Below are positions 36,097 to 47,766 of a stretch of 64,000 bases of DNA, piece by piece. The DNA is from Haliotis rubra (lineage: Eukaryota). The stretch covers positions 1,488,001 to 1,552,000 of the forward strand of contig NW_025767657.1 of NCBI RefSeq assembly GCF_003918875.1, in the 5' to 3' direction. A model generated the notes under the pieces. It was given only the letters and a program-made list of their open reading frames with translations. It was not told the DNA's origin and searched no databases. Both the position numbers and the translations under genes were made by a program. Positions within the stretch are counted from its first letter, which is position 1, and every line of letters begins with the position of its first letter.

Positions 36097-39000
36097 TTAA
36101 GTTTGTCTTAGAAATATGACTGGGACTGCCAAGTCTACATATCCTCTTATAAACCCCCTCACTAGGCCTGCTCTTCTAAAATATACCTCACTAAGCTTGA
36201 TCTTCTTCTAAAGGCCACCTCATCAAGCCTGATCTTCTTCTAAAAGCCACATCAAGTCTGATCTTCTTCCAAGAGCCACCTCGTCCAGCCTGATCTTCTT
36301 CTAAAAGATTCTTCATCAAGCCTGATCTTCTTCTAAAAGCCGCCTCATCAAGCCTGATCGTCTTCTAAAAGCCACCTCATTAAGCTTAATCTTCTAAAAG
36401 ACGCCTCGTTAAGCCTGATCTTCTTCTAAAAGACTCTTCATCAAGCTTGATCTTCTAAAAGGCCACCTCTTCAAGTCTGATCTAAAAGCCATCTTCTTCT
36501 AAAAGAAGATAATTAAGCTTGATCTTCTTAAAGGCCGCCTCGTCAAGCCTGATCTTCTGAAAGCCACCTCATTAAGCCTTATCTTTTTCTAAAAGACACC
36601 TCATCAAGTCTGATCTTCTTCTAAAAGCCACTTCATCAAGCTTGATCTTCTTCTAAAAGCCACCTCATCAAGTCTGATCTAAAACCCACCTCATCAGGCC
36701 TGACCTAAAAGCCACCTCATCAAGCCTGATCTAAAACCCACCTCATCAAGCTTGACCTTCTTCTAAAAGCCATCTAATCAAGCCTGATCTTCTTCTTAAA
36801 GCCATCTCATCGAGCCTGATCTTCTTCTAAAAGCCACCTCATGATGCCTGATCTTTTTAAAGCCACCTCATCAAGCCTAATCTTCTTCTAAAATCCACAT
36901 CATCAAGCCTGATCTAAAAGCCACCGAATCAAGCCTGATCGTCTTATAAAGCCGCCTCATCAAGCCTGATATTCTTCTAAATGTCACCTCATAAACCTGA
37001 TCTTCTTCTAAAAGCCACTTCATTAGGCTTGACCTTCTTCTAAAAGCCGCCTCGTTAAGCCCGATCTTCGTCTTAAGCTGCTTCATTAAGCATGATCTTC
37101 TTCTAAAAGCCACCTCATTAAGCTTGATCTTCTTCTAAAAGCCACCTCATCAACTCTGATCTAAAAGCCACCTCATCAGGCCTGATCTAAAGGCCACCTC
37201 ATGAAGTCTGATCTAAAAGCCACCTCATCAGGCCTGATCTAAAAGCCACCTCATCAGACCTGATCTAAAAGCAACTTCATTAAGCTTGATCTATTAAGTT
37301 TGTCTTAGAAAGACATGACTGGGACTACCAAGTCTACATGTCCTCTTATAAACCCCCTTCCCAGGCCTCATCTTCTAAAATATACCTCATTAAGCTCGAT
37401 CTTCTCCTAAGAGCCACCTCATCAAGCCTGATCTTCTTCTAAAAGATTCCTCATCAAGCCTCATCTTCTTCTAAAAGCCACCTCATTAAGCTTGATCTTC
37501 TAAAAGCCGCCTCGTTAAGCCCGATCGTCTTCTTAAAACCACCTCATCAAGCCTGATCGTCTTGTAAAAGCCACCTCATTAAGCTTGATCTTCTAAAAGC
37601 CGCCTCGCTAAGCTTGATCTTCTAAAACCCGCCTCGTTAAGCCTGATAATTTTCTTAAAGCCACCTCATTAAGCCTGATTTTCTCCTTAAAGACACTTCA
37701 TCAAGCCTGATCTTCTCCTAAAAGCCATTCCATTAAGCTTGATCTTCTTCTAAAGCCACCTCATCAAGTCTGATCTAAAAGCCATCTCATCAAGCCTGAT
37801 TTTCTTCTAAAAGACACCTCATCAAGCCTGATCTTCTTCTTAAAGCTACCTCATCAAGTCTGATCTAAAACCCACCTCATCAGGCCTGATCTAAAAGCCA
37901 CCTCATCAAGCCTGATCTAAAACCCACCTCATCAAGCTTGACCTTCTTCTAAAAGCCATCTCGTCAAGCCTGATCTTCTGAAAGCCACCTCATTAAGCCT
38001 TATCTTTTTCTAAAAGACACCTCATCAAGTCTGATCTTCTTCTAAAAGCCACTTCATCAAGCTTGATCTTCTTCTAAAAGCCACCTCATCAAGTCTGATC
38101 TAAAACCCACCTCATCAGGCCTGACCTAAAAGCCACCTCATCAAGCCTGATCTAAAACCCACCCATCAAGCTTGACCTTCTTCTAAAAGCCATCTAATCA
38201 AGCCTGATCTTCTTCTTAAAGCCACCTCATCGAGCCTGATCTTCTTCTAAAAGCCATCTCATGACGCCTGATCTTTTTAAAGCCACCTCATCAAGCCTAA
38301 TCTTCTTCTAAAATCCACATCATCAAGCCTGATCTAAAAGCCACCGAATCAAGCCTGATCGTCTTATAAAGCCGCCTCATCAAGCCTGATATTCTTCTAA
38401 ATGTCACCTCATAAACCTGATCTTCTTCTAAAAGCCACTTCATTAGGCTTGACCTTCTTCTAAAAGCCGCCTCGTTAAGCCCGATCTTCGTCTTAAGCTG
38501 CTTCATTAAGCATGATCTTCTTCTAAAAGCCACCTCATTAAGCTTGATCTTCTTCTAAAAGCCACCTCATCAACTCTGATGTAAAAGCCACCTCATCAGG
38601 CCTGATCTAAAGGCCACCTCATGAAGTCTGATCTAAAAGCCACCTCATCAGGCCTGATCTAAAAGCCACCTCATCAGACCTGATCTAAAAGCAACTTCAT
38701 TAAGCTTGATCTATAAAGTTTGTCTTAGAAAGACATGACTGGGACTACCAAGTCTACATGTCCTCTTATAAACCCCCTCCCCAGACCTCATCTTCTAAAA
38801 TATACCTCATTAAGCTCGATCTTCTCCTAAAACCCACCTCATCAAGCCTGGTCTTCTTTTAAAAGCCACATCATTAGGCTTGATCTTCTTCTAAAAGCCG
38901 CCTCGTTAAGCCCAGCTTCATCTAAAGCTGCTTCATTAAGCATCTTCTTCTAAAAGCCACCTCATTAAGCTTGATCTTCTTCTAAAAGCCACCTCATCAA

Positions 39001-40690
39001 CTCTGATCTAAAAGCCACCTCATCAGGCCTGATCTAAAGGCCACCTCATGAAGTCTGATCTAAAAGCCACCTCATCAGGCCTGATCTAAAAGCCACCTCA
39101 TCAGACCTGATCTAAAAGCAACTTCATTAAGCTTGATCTATTAAGTTTGTCTTAGAAAGACATGACTGGGACTACCAAGTCTACATGTCCTCTTATAAAC
39201 CCCTTCCCAGGCCTCATCTTCTAAAATATACCTCATTAAGCTCGATCTTCTCCTAAGAGCCACCTCATCAAGTCTGATCTTCTTCTAAAAGATTCCTCAT
39301 CAAGCCTCATCTTCTTCTAAAAGCCACCTCATTAAGCTTGATCTTCTTCTTAAAGCCGCCTCGTTAAGCCCGATCTTCTTCTTAAAACCACCTCGCCTCA
39401 TCAAGCCTGATCGTCTTCTAAAAGCCACCTCATTAAGCTTGATCTTCTAAAAGCCGCCTCGCTAAGCTTGATCTTCTAAAACCCGCCTTGTTAAGCCTGA
39501 TCATTTTCTTAAAGCCACCTCATTAAGCCTGATCTTCTTCTTAAAGACACTTCATCAGGCCTAATCTTCTCCTAAAAGCCATTTCATTAAGCTTGATCTT
39601 CTTCTAAAGCCACCTCATCAAGTCTGATCTAAAAGCCATCTCATCAAGCCTGATCTTCTTCTAAAAGACACCTCATCAAGCCTGATCTTCTCTTCTTTAA
39701 GCTACCTCATCAAGCCTAATTTCCTTCTAAAAGCCACCTCATCAACCCTGATCTAAAAGCCATCTCATTCAGCTTGATCTAAAAGCCGCCTCGTTAAGCC
39801 TGATCTTCTTCTTACAGCCATCTCATCAAGCTTGATTTTCTTTTAAAGCTGCGCCATTAAGCGAGATTTCTTCTAAAAGCCACCTCATTGAGCACGATCT
39901 TCTTCTGCAGCTTTTTCATTAAGCATGATCTTCTTCTAAAGCCACATCATCAGGCCTGATCTAAAAGCCACCTCATCAGGCCTTCTTCTAAAAGCCACCT
40001 CTTCAGGCCTGATATAAAAGCCACTTCATCAAGCTTGATCTTCTTCTAAAAGCCACCTCATCAGGCCTGGTCTTCTTCTAAATGCCACCTCATCAAGCCT
40101 GATCTTAAAGCCACCTCATCAAGCCTGATCTAATTGCCTCCTCATCAAGCTTGATCTTCTTCTAAAAGTCACCTCATCAAGCCTGATCTAAAAGCTACCT
40201 CATCAAGCCTAGTCTTCTTCTAAAAGCCATTTTATCAAGTCTGATCTTCTAAAAGCCACATCATCAAGCCTTATCTTGTTCTAAAAGCCACTCTATCACG
40301 CCTGATCTAAAAGCCACCTCACCGAGTCGAGATCTTCTTCTAAAAGCGACCTCATCGAATCTGATCAAAAAGCCACCTCATCAAGCTTGATCTTCTTCTA
40401 AAGCCACTTCATCAAGCCCGATATAAAAGCCACTTCATCAAGCCTGATATAAAAGCCACCTATCAAGTCTGATCTTCTTCTAAAAGCCACCTCATCAGGC
40501 CTGAACTTCTAAACGTCACTTCATCACGCCTGATCTTCTAAAAGCCACTTCATCAAGCCTGATCTTCTAAAAGCCAGCTAATCATGTCTGATCCAAAACC
40601 CACCTCATTAAGTCTGATATTCTTCTAAAAGCCACTTCACCAAGCCTGATCTTCTTCTAAACGCCACCTCACCAAGTCTGATCTTTTTCA
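36097..40690. repeat. Satellite array of ~27-33-bp monomers with higher-order repeats
   Basis: Monomer AAGCCTGATC(TTC)0-2TAAAAGCCACCTCATC; ~1420-bp duplication (identical translated ORFs at 36877 and 38297); non-monomer linker at 36095, 37292, 38712 and 39139. Confidence 0.95.
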
Positions 40691-42041
40691 AGACACTTGC
40701 GCGGTTTGGGGCTGTGTGCTCCAACATTCCCTTGTTCCTCTATAAGTTCATTCACTCGCTGCCTCCTGCCCTGGGGGGCTGTTCCTGCAACAGTACTACT
40801 GTTACTTTACCCTCGTAAAACTTCACTCGGAAAATCTAAACAAAATGATGATAGTTTGTTAAGTAACTTTTATATTTTGGAGACAAACGGTATGCAACAG
40901 AGTTGGTCTGATGTTTTCATTACATTCTGCATTGAAATGAATGTTTCATCGTGAACCGATCTGGTGTTAGATTGTGATTCATCGGTATCATTTTGAATCC
41001 TCCTGTTTCAAGCCAGACGTGATCGTCTGATACCTTTCCCACAATCTAATGATTATGCTATGTCTGACGCTAAACCAACGTCCGACTTCATATTTTCTCA
41101 GATAAGCTTCATTTAAACCTATGGCCCTACCCGCTACATCAGTTGAGAGATAGCATCTACAAGGCATTTTGCATCTCTGAAGACCATACAGTACTCAAAA
41201 GAAACAGTTAACAACTCGTGTTTATGCACCTCAACACGTCATATTCTGGAAAATGGTCTTCAAGGTAACGAACTAGAATTGCTGGCCTGTCCAAATAGAT
41301 TTCAAATATAATGTGAAGGTAGTCTCCAAGACGGGACATCATTTGTGGGATGACAACGATTGTGACCATCAGCTACCCAAAACGTTACAAATTGCTTCAG
41401 CGACAGGCGTACGTGAATGAAGTCATCTTTGCTTGGCTTTGTCTTGGCAATGATTCACAAAGAAGACTACACATGTGTTGTACATACGGATGTGACCAAT
41501 GTAGTGATACAACACCTGAAACAGTTCAGCAATACATGTTGGAATGTCCTCATAAGTGCGGTGGTGGGGCAGGTTTTTATTCCTGCAATAATACATGCCC
41601 AAATCATGTGTGGTTGAATCCAAAGTTCAAACCTACATACAGCATTTTTTGTCTAACAATTGAAATGGATAAATCAGATTGGTTATTATCTGGCATTGAA
41701 GTTTTTAATGTATAACAGTACATTTGTGATTGATAATATGAATTGTACGGTTCACAAAGCATAATCTGTTACATACACTCGTTGACGTAACAACCCTCTA
41801 CTACCATTTCAGATAAAATTTAAATCGTTAATAATATCAACACATGTTTCGTATATACTTTGACATGCACAATGGAGATTCATTATTATAATGGGGTGGG
41901 GTTTATCACATCTAATTAAATCTATCTTCATGTCTTGAAGTACATGAGAAAGTATTCATCGTGGCAAGTGCTCAAACACATTGCGACTGGTGTGAATTTA
42001 CAAAATCCATACGTTCACTAAAAATGAGTCTACCTGGTAGT

Positions 42042-42420
42042 GGGCGTGGTGGGCGAGCTGGCTAAGGCGCCAGGCTAGTAATCCAGCGAGTTTGAGGTGC
42101 CGGGATAGAGCCCACCTGTGACAGGGTGTGAAAAACCTTGGAGTCAACTTTGTGTGCAGACTCTTTCAGTGTTGTCACAACAATCCGTTGGTATATGACA
42201 AGATGGTGGCCACATGAATACGTGCAAACACCTAGTTTGCAACCTAGTTGCAGCAACGTGCAGTAAACTTGGACAAAGCTGTGAATGGGTACCTCGTAAG
42301 GATGGGAAAGCCACATTAACTCGGTGCGCTTGAGACTGACATCCTATGATCGAGGGAAAAACAGCCTAGCTGGAACTCGGCGCTATATAAATAAATTATA
42401 ATAAAATAATAATAATAAAT
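42042..42420 (+). mobile_element. tRNA-derived SINE with L2-type tail
   Basis: A/B-box-like head; GAGTCAACTTTGTGTGCAGACTCT and GCTGTGAATGGGTACC central motifs; ends GCGCTATATAAAT(AAT)n. Confidence 0.7.
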
Positions 42421-42482
42421 CACTATTATTTACATTTATCACATCAAACATTGTCATGTCAGATTTGCTCCAGCAGGACAGA

Positions 42483-43643
42483 TCAAAACAGTAAGAGAGC
42501 TAAACAAACTGCTGTTGTGGCAATCATTATCAAGCTGATGGCTGGAAAACATACTCTGTTCAGAGCATCTGCTGACATCTTCCTTTCATGATACTTTCCT
42601 TTACAATCATCAAGCACTGAATTTCCACCATCAAGTCCTTCCTGGGATGAAGCAGACGACAGCTGATGAGCGCTCATCTCAGCGTGATACCTTTTCAAGA
42701 TGGCGACGGTGGCCAAAACAGTAATCACTTTGACCAACAGCATCGTGAGAAGATAGACTTTGAAGGTAACAAGTGAGTCGAATGAATGGGGTAGATCTTC
42801 GTTGATATCTGTCAGGATGACGGCATAAGACAAGAACACTGAGATACATAGCGAGATCTTCTCCCCTGATTCAGGAGGAAGAAGAAACACGCCCAGATTG
42901 AGAACCGACAGCAGAAAGACAGGCAGGACACTTGTGATCACAAAGTGCAGGGGCTTCCGTTGGAAGGTAAATGTAAACGAAATTACGTTCCATGTTGTTT
43001 CCCCGAGGAAAAGAGTTTTTGTTTTGGTACCCGTTTCCCTTTCTATCCATTCCCCTCGACTTTGAAATGAAGTGTAGTCTGACATCACTGACATCACTGA
43101 CCCACCTTGCACAAACACATTATTACTATTGGATGTCCACTGAGAAATACGCAGGCTACACGTCTGTTTGTCTATGGGAAACCTGCTCATGTCCATGGAG
43201 CATTTAGTGATCTGTCTTATCGTCCGGTACCAGGTGACAAATCCTGTGTTCGAGACAGACACGAGTCCTTCTGTATCTGACAAAAAGCGAAAGTCCTCAA
43301 CGGCATTTGCCACAACCAGATCTGGCTTCCACACTTGATGTAGTGGCAAGTACATTTTCTGAATGTTGGCATGATCTGAAATGTTCCAAACGAACCACTC
43401 GTCGTACCACGTGATGTTGAAAGTCCCAAACGAGGTTAAAGTTTCACTGGCCTCATTTACCTCCTCCACAGAAAACAACGTAAAATCCACCGTCACATTT
43501 GTAGCCAGTCTGGGGTTTTTGATAGGTCGAATGTGTGGATTGTAGCCTTTGGTGACTGTTTCATGTAACTTGTACAGAGGCGAAAAGTCAGTTCCGCATG
43601 CCATGGACAGGGCATGTAGCAGAACGAACACATTCAGAAACAT
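42483..43643 (-). CDS. Cys-loop nAChR-like subunit, copy E (386 aa from the MFLNVF start)
   Basis: Start aligned with the paralog signal peptides; Cys loop CSMDMSRFPIDKQTC; PPESGEKISL; four TM segments. Confidence 0.92.
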   Translation of the reverse strand: MFLNVFVLLHALSMACGTDFSPLYKLHETVTKGYNPHIRPIKNPRLATNVTVDFTLFSVEEVNEASETLTSFGTFNITWYDEWFVWNISDHANIQKMYLPLHQVWKPDLVVANAVEDFRFLSDTEGLVSVSNTGFVTWYRTIRQITKCSMDMSRFPIDKQTCSLRISQWTSNSNNVFVQGGSVMSVMSDYTSFQSRGEWIERETGTKTKTLFLGETTWNVISFTFTFQRKPLHFVITSVLPVFLLSVLNLGVFLLPPESGEKISLCISVFLSYAVILTDINEDLPHSFDSLVTFKVYLLTMLLVKVITVLATVAILKRYHAEMSAHQLSSASSQEGLDGGNSVLDDCKGKYHERKMSADALNRVCFPAISLIMIATTAVCLALLLF

Positions 43644-44151
43644 GGTGGTGAGGCTTCCTCTGTATTGGATGGTAAACTGGCAATGTGAAGTTAGTATGCT
43701 TCCAAAACACAAACGTCTCGCCTCCTTGCGGTTGATGTCTGTCTCTCTATGAACTGGTACAATGTCATTTATACAGGATTTTTCATTTGGTTTATCTGTT
43801 ATGGTTTGCTGAATCGTTTGAGTCTCTGTTTTCTGCTCGTTGCTATCGTTACATTGTTGGGGATTGACGTTTTTCCACATTATCACTGATAGCGCAAAAT
43901 ACTCATTTTCTGGATGATGTGTCACTAGAAGCCGAAAAGGTTTGCTTTGTACTTGGAATCTCAGAGAAAGAATGCGTGGTGTTATAACCATTACGGAATG
44001 AATGGTAAAACATTTCATGTGCATGTCGAAACAATGGATATTCCAACCTGAAAACAAGTCAATCGTGACAGCTATTTGAGTGAAGAGAAATATGTGTTTG
44101 TTCAATACTTAACATTTATTGATTTGTCAGATATTACACGTCGAACCATTA

Positions 44152-44165
44152 GTTTCCATAGTGAC
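44152..44165 (-). promoter_or_regulatory. Putative RFX X-box upstream of receptor copy E
   Basis: GTCACTATGGAAAC, identical to the copy A motif, within the homologous upstream block. Confidence 0.5.
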
Positions 44166-46398
44166 CACCTGTGAGGTAATCACATTAGTGGTTGCAGTAA
44201 TGTACTCATATACGTTCATTGAGTCAAACCATCTGAAATAGAAACGGTTATAATGGGGGGAGTGGCACATGCACGTTCTCGTATGTACAGTGCATGGTGC
44301 ATTAACATAGCCACATTGTGTCGAGGCTGGACATTCTCAGTTGACATTAGTATTGTCATGGCGTCTAGCTCAGGAAGGCCATCGTCCAAATGTTTCTTAA
44401 GACCAAAACCTATGTGGCCAAGCCATGTGAGACTTAGTAATTGTAATTATTTATATGACTCTAATGTGTATACTTAATCCTTATCACTACCGCACTATCT
44501 ATACTGTCACCAGTCCGGTATTCCGACTGCCTGTGTAGGGAGGACCGTGAGTAGTATAATGCCGCTCGTAGGAAACGCCCTGGGGTTGAGCAGGTACTCT
44601 GCTTACCTCATTCATGTATACTTGTTTATCATGTACTGTATAGTTAACTAAAGACGTTTGAACTCAACCTATACCCTCGTCTTCGTCAACGTATTGTTTG
44701 TCTTAATTCTGACGTAGTTTCCCTGTTGAGCATATGTACGCGTTGATAGTATACAGAATTTGTAGATTTTGGGACAGTATACTTAAATTATATATTGGTT
44801 CCTTAGATCTTCATAATGGGGACAGATGAGAAGAACATTCTATTCATTTTCAATATTATTACATTCACACATTCTGCAGAATTGGTTGGTAGATATTACA
44901 CGTCGAACAATGTTCAAAGACTATTCATTTATAAACGTTCATTGAGTCAAAATATAAGGACAAGAGCTGTCAGTGCAGGAAGAAATGTAGGTTAGAAATA
45001 TTGGCGTCAGTTTACATTTGCATATAAATGGTCTTTGTGGACATAACTGAAATTACTTAATGCCACTACTGATGCTAGAACATATCTACTTTCACATTAA
45101 CCATGCGTTTTTATTGCAACAAAATCCACAAACAGCAATAATGAATGGTAATTGCTTTTTGCTATGTGCTTAAGTTCAACCTTGATGACAGGGCTATCAG
45201 TATCGCAAATCAATGGTAGATGGTTGCGATACTGATAGCGTAGTATAGCAGTGTAACGAATAATACTGAGCTTAAGTTTACTTAGACGGACAACGCAGTA
45301 GCCCCATACAAGTACATGGGGTGTCATTCTTGATTTTTACTGTTTTCAAGAAGGTCGATAAATCACTGTAGACCATTAATTATGACAATCATCTTGCATC
45401 ACAATGTTTTTAGTGTTTGTTTCCAGACGTTTTTTGTTTGTTGGTTGCTTTGTTTGAAAATGAAAATCGTACACATGCCATTTTCACATCAAACACCAAT
45501 CATCTTTCAAGAGCAATTACTGTACAAACAACTATGGTCATAAGGAAGTGCAAGTGGTGATGCACTTTCAAAATATTCATTATTATCACATCAACATTGA
45601 TTGACTCCCGATATATCTCCCATTTTTTTTCAATCGTAAATCAAAAATGAAGTTCCTCTACTTTTAAAGAGTATAATATGTATTTCTGAAGAGAGCACAT
45701 TTGGCTCTGTAAACGTCTCCTTTGGTATTGCCTATATGTTTCTTATTATAGTGTTCGTAAATCCACGTTCTTGTTTAACACAGGGGTTGAGTATTTTCTG
45801 TGCTCAAGTTGTCCAACTACTGAGGGCTGATCCTTAGCGATAAACTCTGGACGGTTCTCCGAGAATCGTGTCAGGAGCGATTCGAAATGCAGCACACCAT
45901 TGCCAAGAATTTGTAAACTGTGAGGGTCTGGTAGCTGACTGAAGTAACATGATGTTCAGACAAATAGGGAGAGATCGAAATGAGGCCCGTGATAATCCAT
46001 GGGAACACTTCTGGGTGAGTGAGAATTCTGTCGGAATGGCCCTTGTTCTTTGGGTAAGGCAATCTACTAAGATGCTGATCTTCTCCGGTAAGTGACAAGG
46101 TTCTACTCTGCAACTGATCGAGTCCGTCAATCTGAACAAAAGCGTAACCACGTTCTGTTAATATTTTTTCCTTCCTCCCTCTGGATGTAACCTATAACGA
46201 TGGTCTCGTCAGTCACTAACAGTACTCTGTGTCCCGAATGCTGTGGTATTTTTATGGCATATCTCCTGTTCCTAACTAACTTGTCATGGTCCTCATCAAT
46301 GGTAGGAGCTACGATAATTCGTGCCTCATGGGTGTCGAGGACCTGCTTGTTAGTGAGCAGGAACAGCAGTCTATCGTCCTTAGCTTTAAAGATATTGT

Positions 46399-46627
46399 GA
46401 CCCGTGAAGGTCCGGCTTGGAATATTGATCTTCAGTAACCCATGCTTGTCGTAAGAGGCGACTAACGGGATCGGGTGGTCAGGCTCACTGACTTTGTTGA
46501 CAAGTCATCGTATCCCAATTGCGTAGATCGATGCTCATGCTGTTGATCACAGGATTGTCTGGTCCAGACTCGATTATTTACAGACCACCGCCATATAGCT
46601 GGAATATTGCTGACCTCACTCACTCAC
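46399..46627 (+). mobile_element. Family S copy, full length
   Basis: TSD TTAAAGA(T/C)ATTG at 46386-46397 and 46628-46639; starts GACCCGTGAAGG. Confidence 0.9.
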
Positions 46628-47221
46628 TTAAAGACATTGCAGTTGCTGCAGAACCTGAAAGAGTATGACAAAAACGCTTTCCGAGTGCACAGTCAACAGT
46701 GGGGACAAAGGCAGAAGGCTCACAGGGATCCTTAAGGAGGAAACTAGACATAGCACGACTCTTTCAAAGATCTCTACTTATGAACTTAATACATTTATCC
46801 AAAGGTAAAGTATCTGTTCCTGCATTAGGTGATGCAGTGTCCTCATAAGGACAGTGAGACTACTGAGTGTCAGCCATGTGAGGTGAGCCTGTAAGCTTGA
46901 TCTGTGCGGCCCACCTACAAGATCACAGGGACCTATTCAAGTGAGTACGATATTCGAGCAATATCTCTTGCTCGACGAGAGCTCTGCATGGAAAAGTCTG
47001 CATCATCCTCTTTCTGATGGCGAGAGCTGTACGAAGCGTAACATCTCTCACGTTGTCAAGACAGAAACCTGTGGGAAAATCCTCACTGCCCTTGCAATTA
47101 GTAACGTGGATCTCGTGCTCTAAGAAGCACAGCATGAAGTTGTGGGAGACTGTTCTTTGAAAAAGTGAGATATCCCTTCAGTGAACAGTTGTTGGTGAAA
47201 AATGTTACTCAATGACACTGA

Positions 47222-47766
47222 CATTCTCTTCCCACAAAGGTTACTTGTCATACCTTCCTACGAACCTCTGTTCTAATACGGCCATATTTCCCGGTTCTCG
47301 TAAAATCCCCTATCGGCAAAAAATCGCAACACGAATTATCTCCCTTCTTTCTATCCAATCAGAACACGTTTTACATCGACTTAGATCCAACTTGACTAAT
47401 GCAAGCAAATATGGGGCCACAAATATCCCTCCTCTGCCAGGGACTTGTGTTGATGTGACACATAAGACATTTAATGGCTAGCTTGTCCGTTGTTAACGAG
47501 AGGCGGTGGTGACGCCATTGATCCACCATTACATGACTGAGTTCTGTCTAGAAGAAATGAGCATCGCGGAGGGGAAGAGGTTCTAGTTTTCCCAAAGCAT
47601 ACGGAAATTACCGAGGCCTTGCGAATGATCACTTTGGAAACAACTTCGCTGATTGCACAACTAAATCTGATTGCAACCAATCACGAATCCTGAACATTCG
47701 CACCATGAAAGGGCCGTATTAGAACAGAGGTTCGTAGGAACAAGTAACCTCTGTGGGAAGAGAATG
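47222..47766. mobile_element. MITE copy 2 (inverted relative to 15819)
   Basis: Perfect 9-bp TSD TGACACTGA at 47213-47221 and 47767-47775; same TIRs. Confidence 0.9.

Noticed and set aside
36877-38533. Two identical 78-aa ORFs
   Set aside because: Translations of the satellite higher-order repeat
41350-41715. Cys-rich 121-aa ORF
   Set aside because: No recognisable domain, splice context or paralog
43644-44105. 154-codon N-terminal extension of receptor E (540-aa ORF)
   Set aside because: The ORF starts at TTG, would bury the signal peptide, and overlaps sequence that is non-coding in the paralogs; treated as open 5' UTR, although upstream in-frame ATGs exist
44427-44810. Possible solo LTR with PBS-like TGGTTCCTT
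   Set aside because: No second LTR, clear TG..CA termini or TSD could be established
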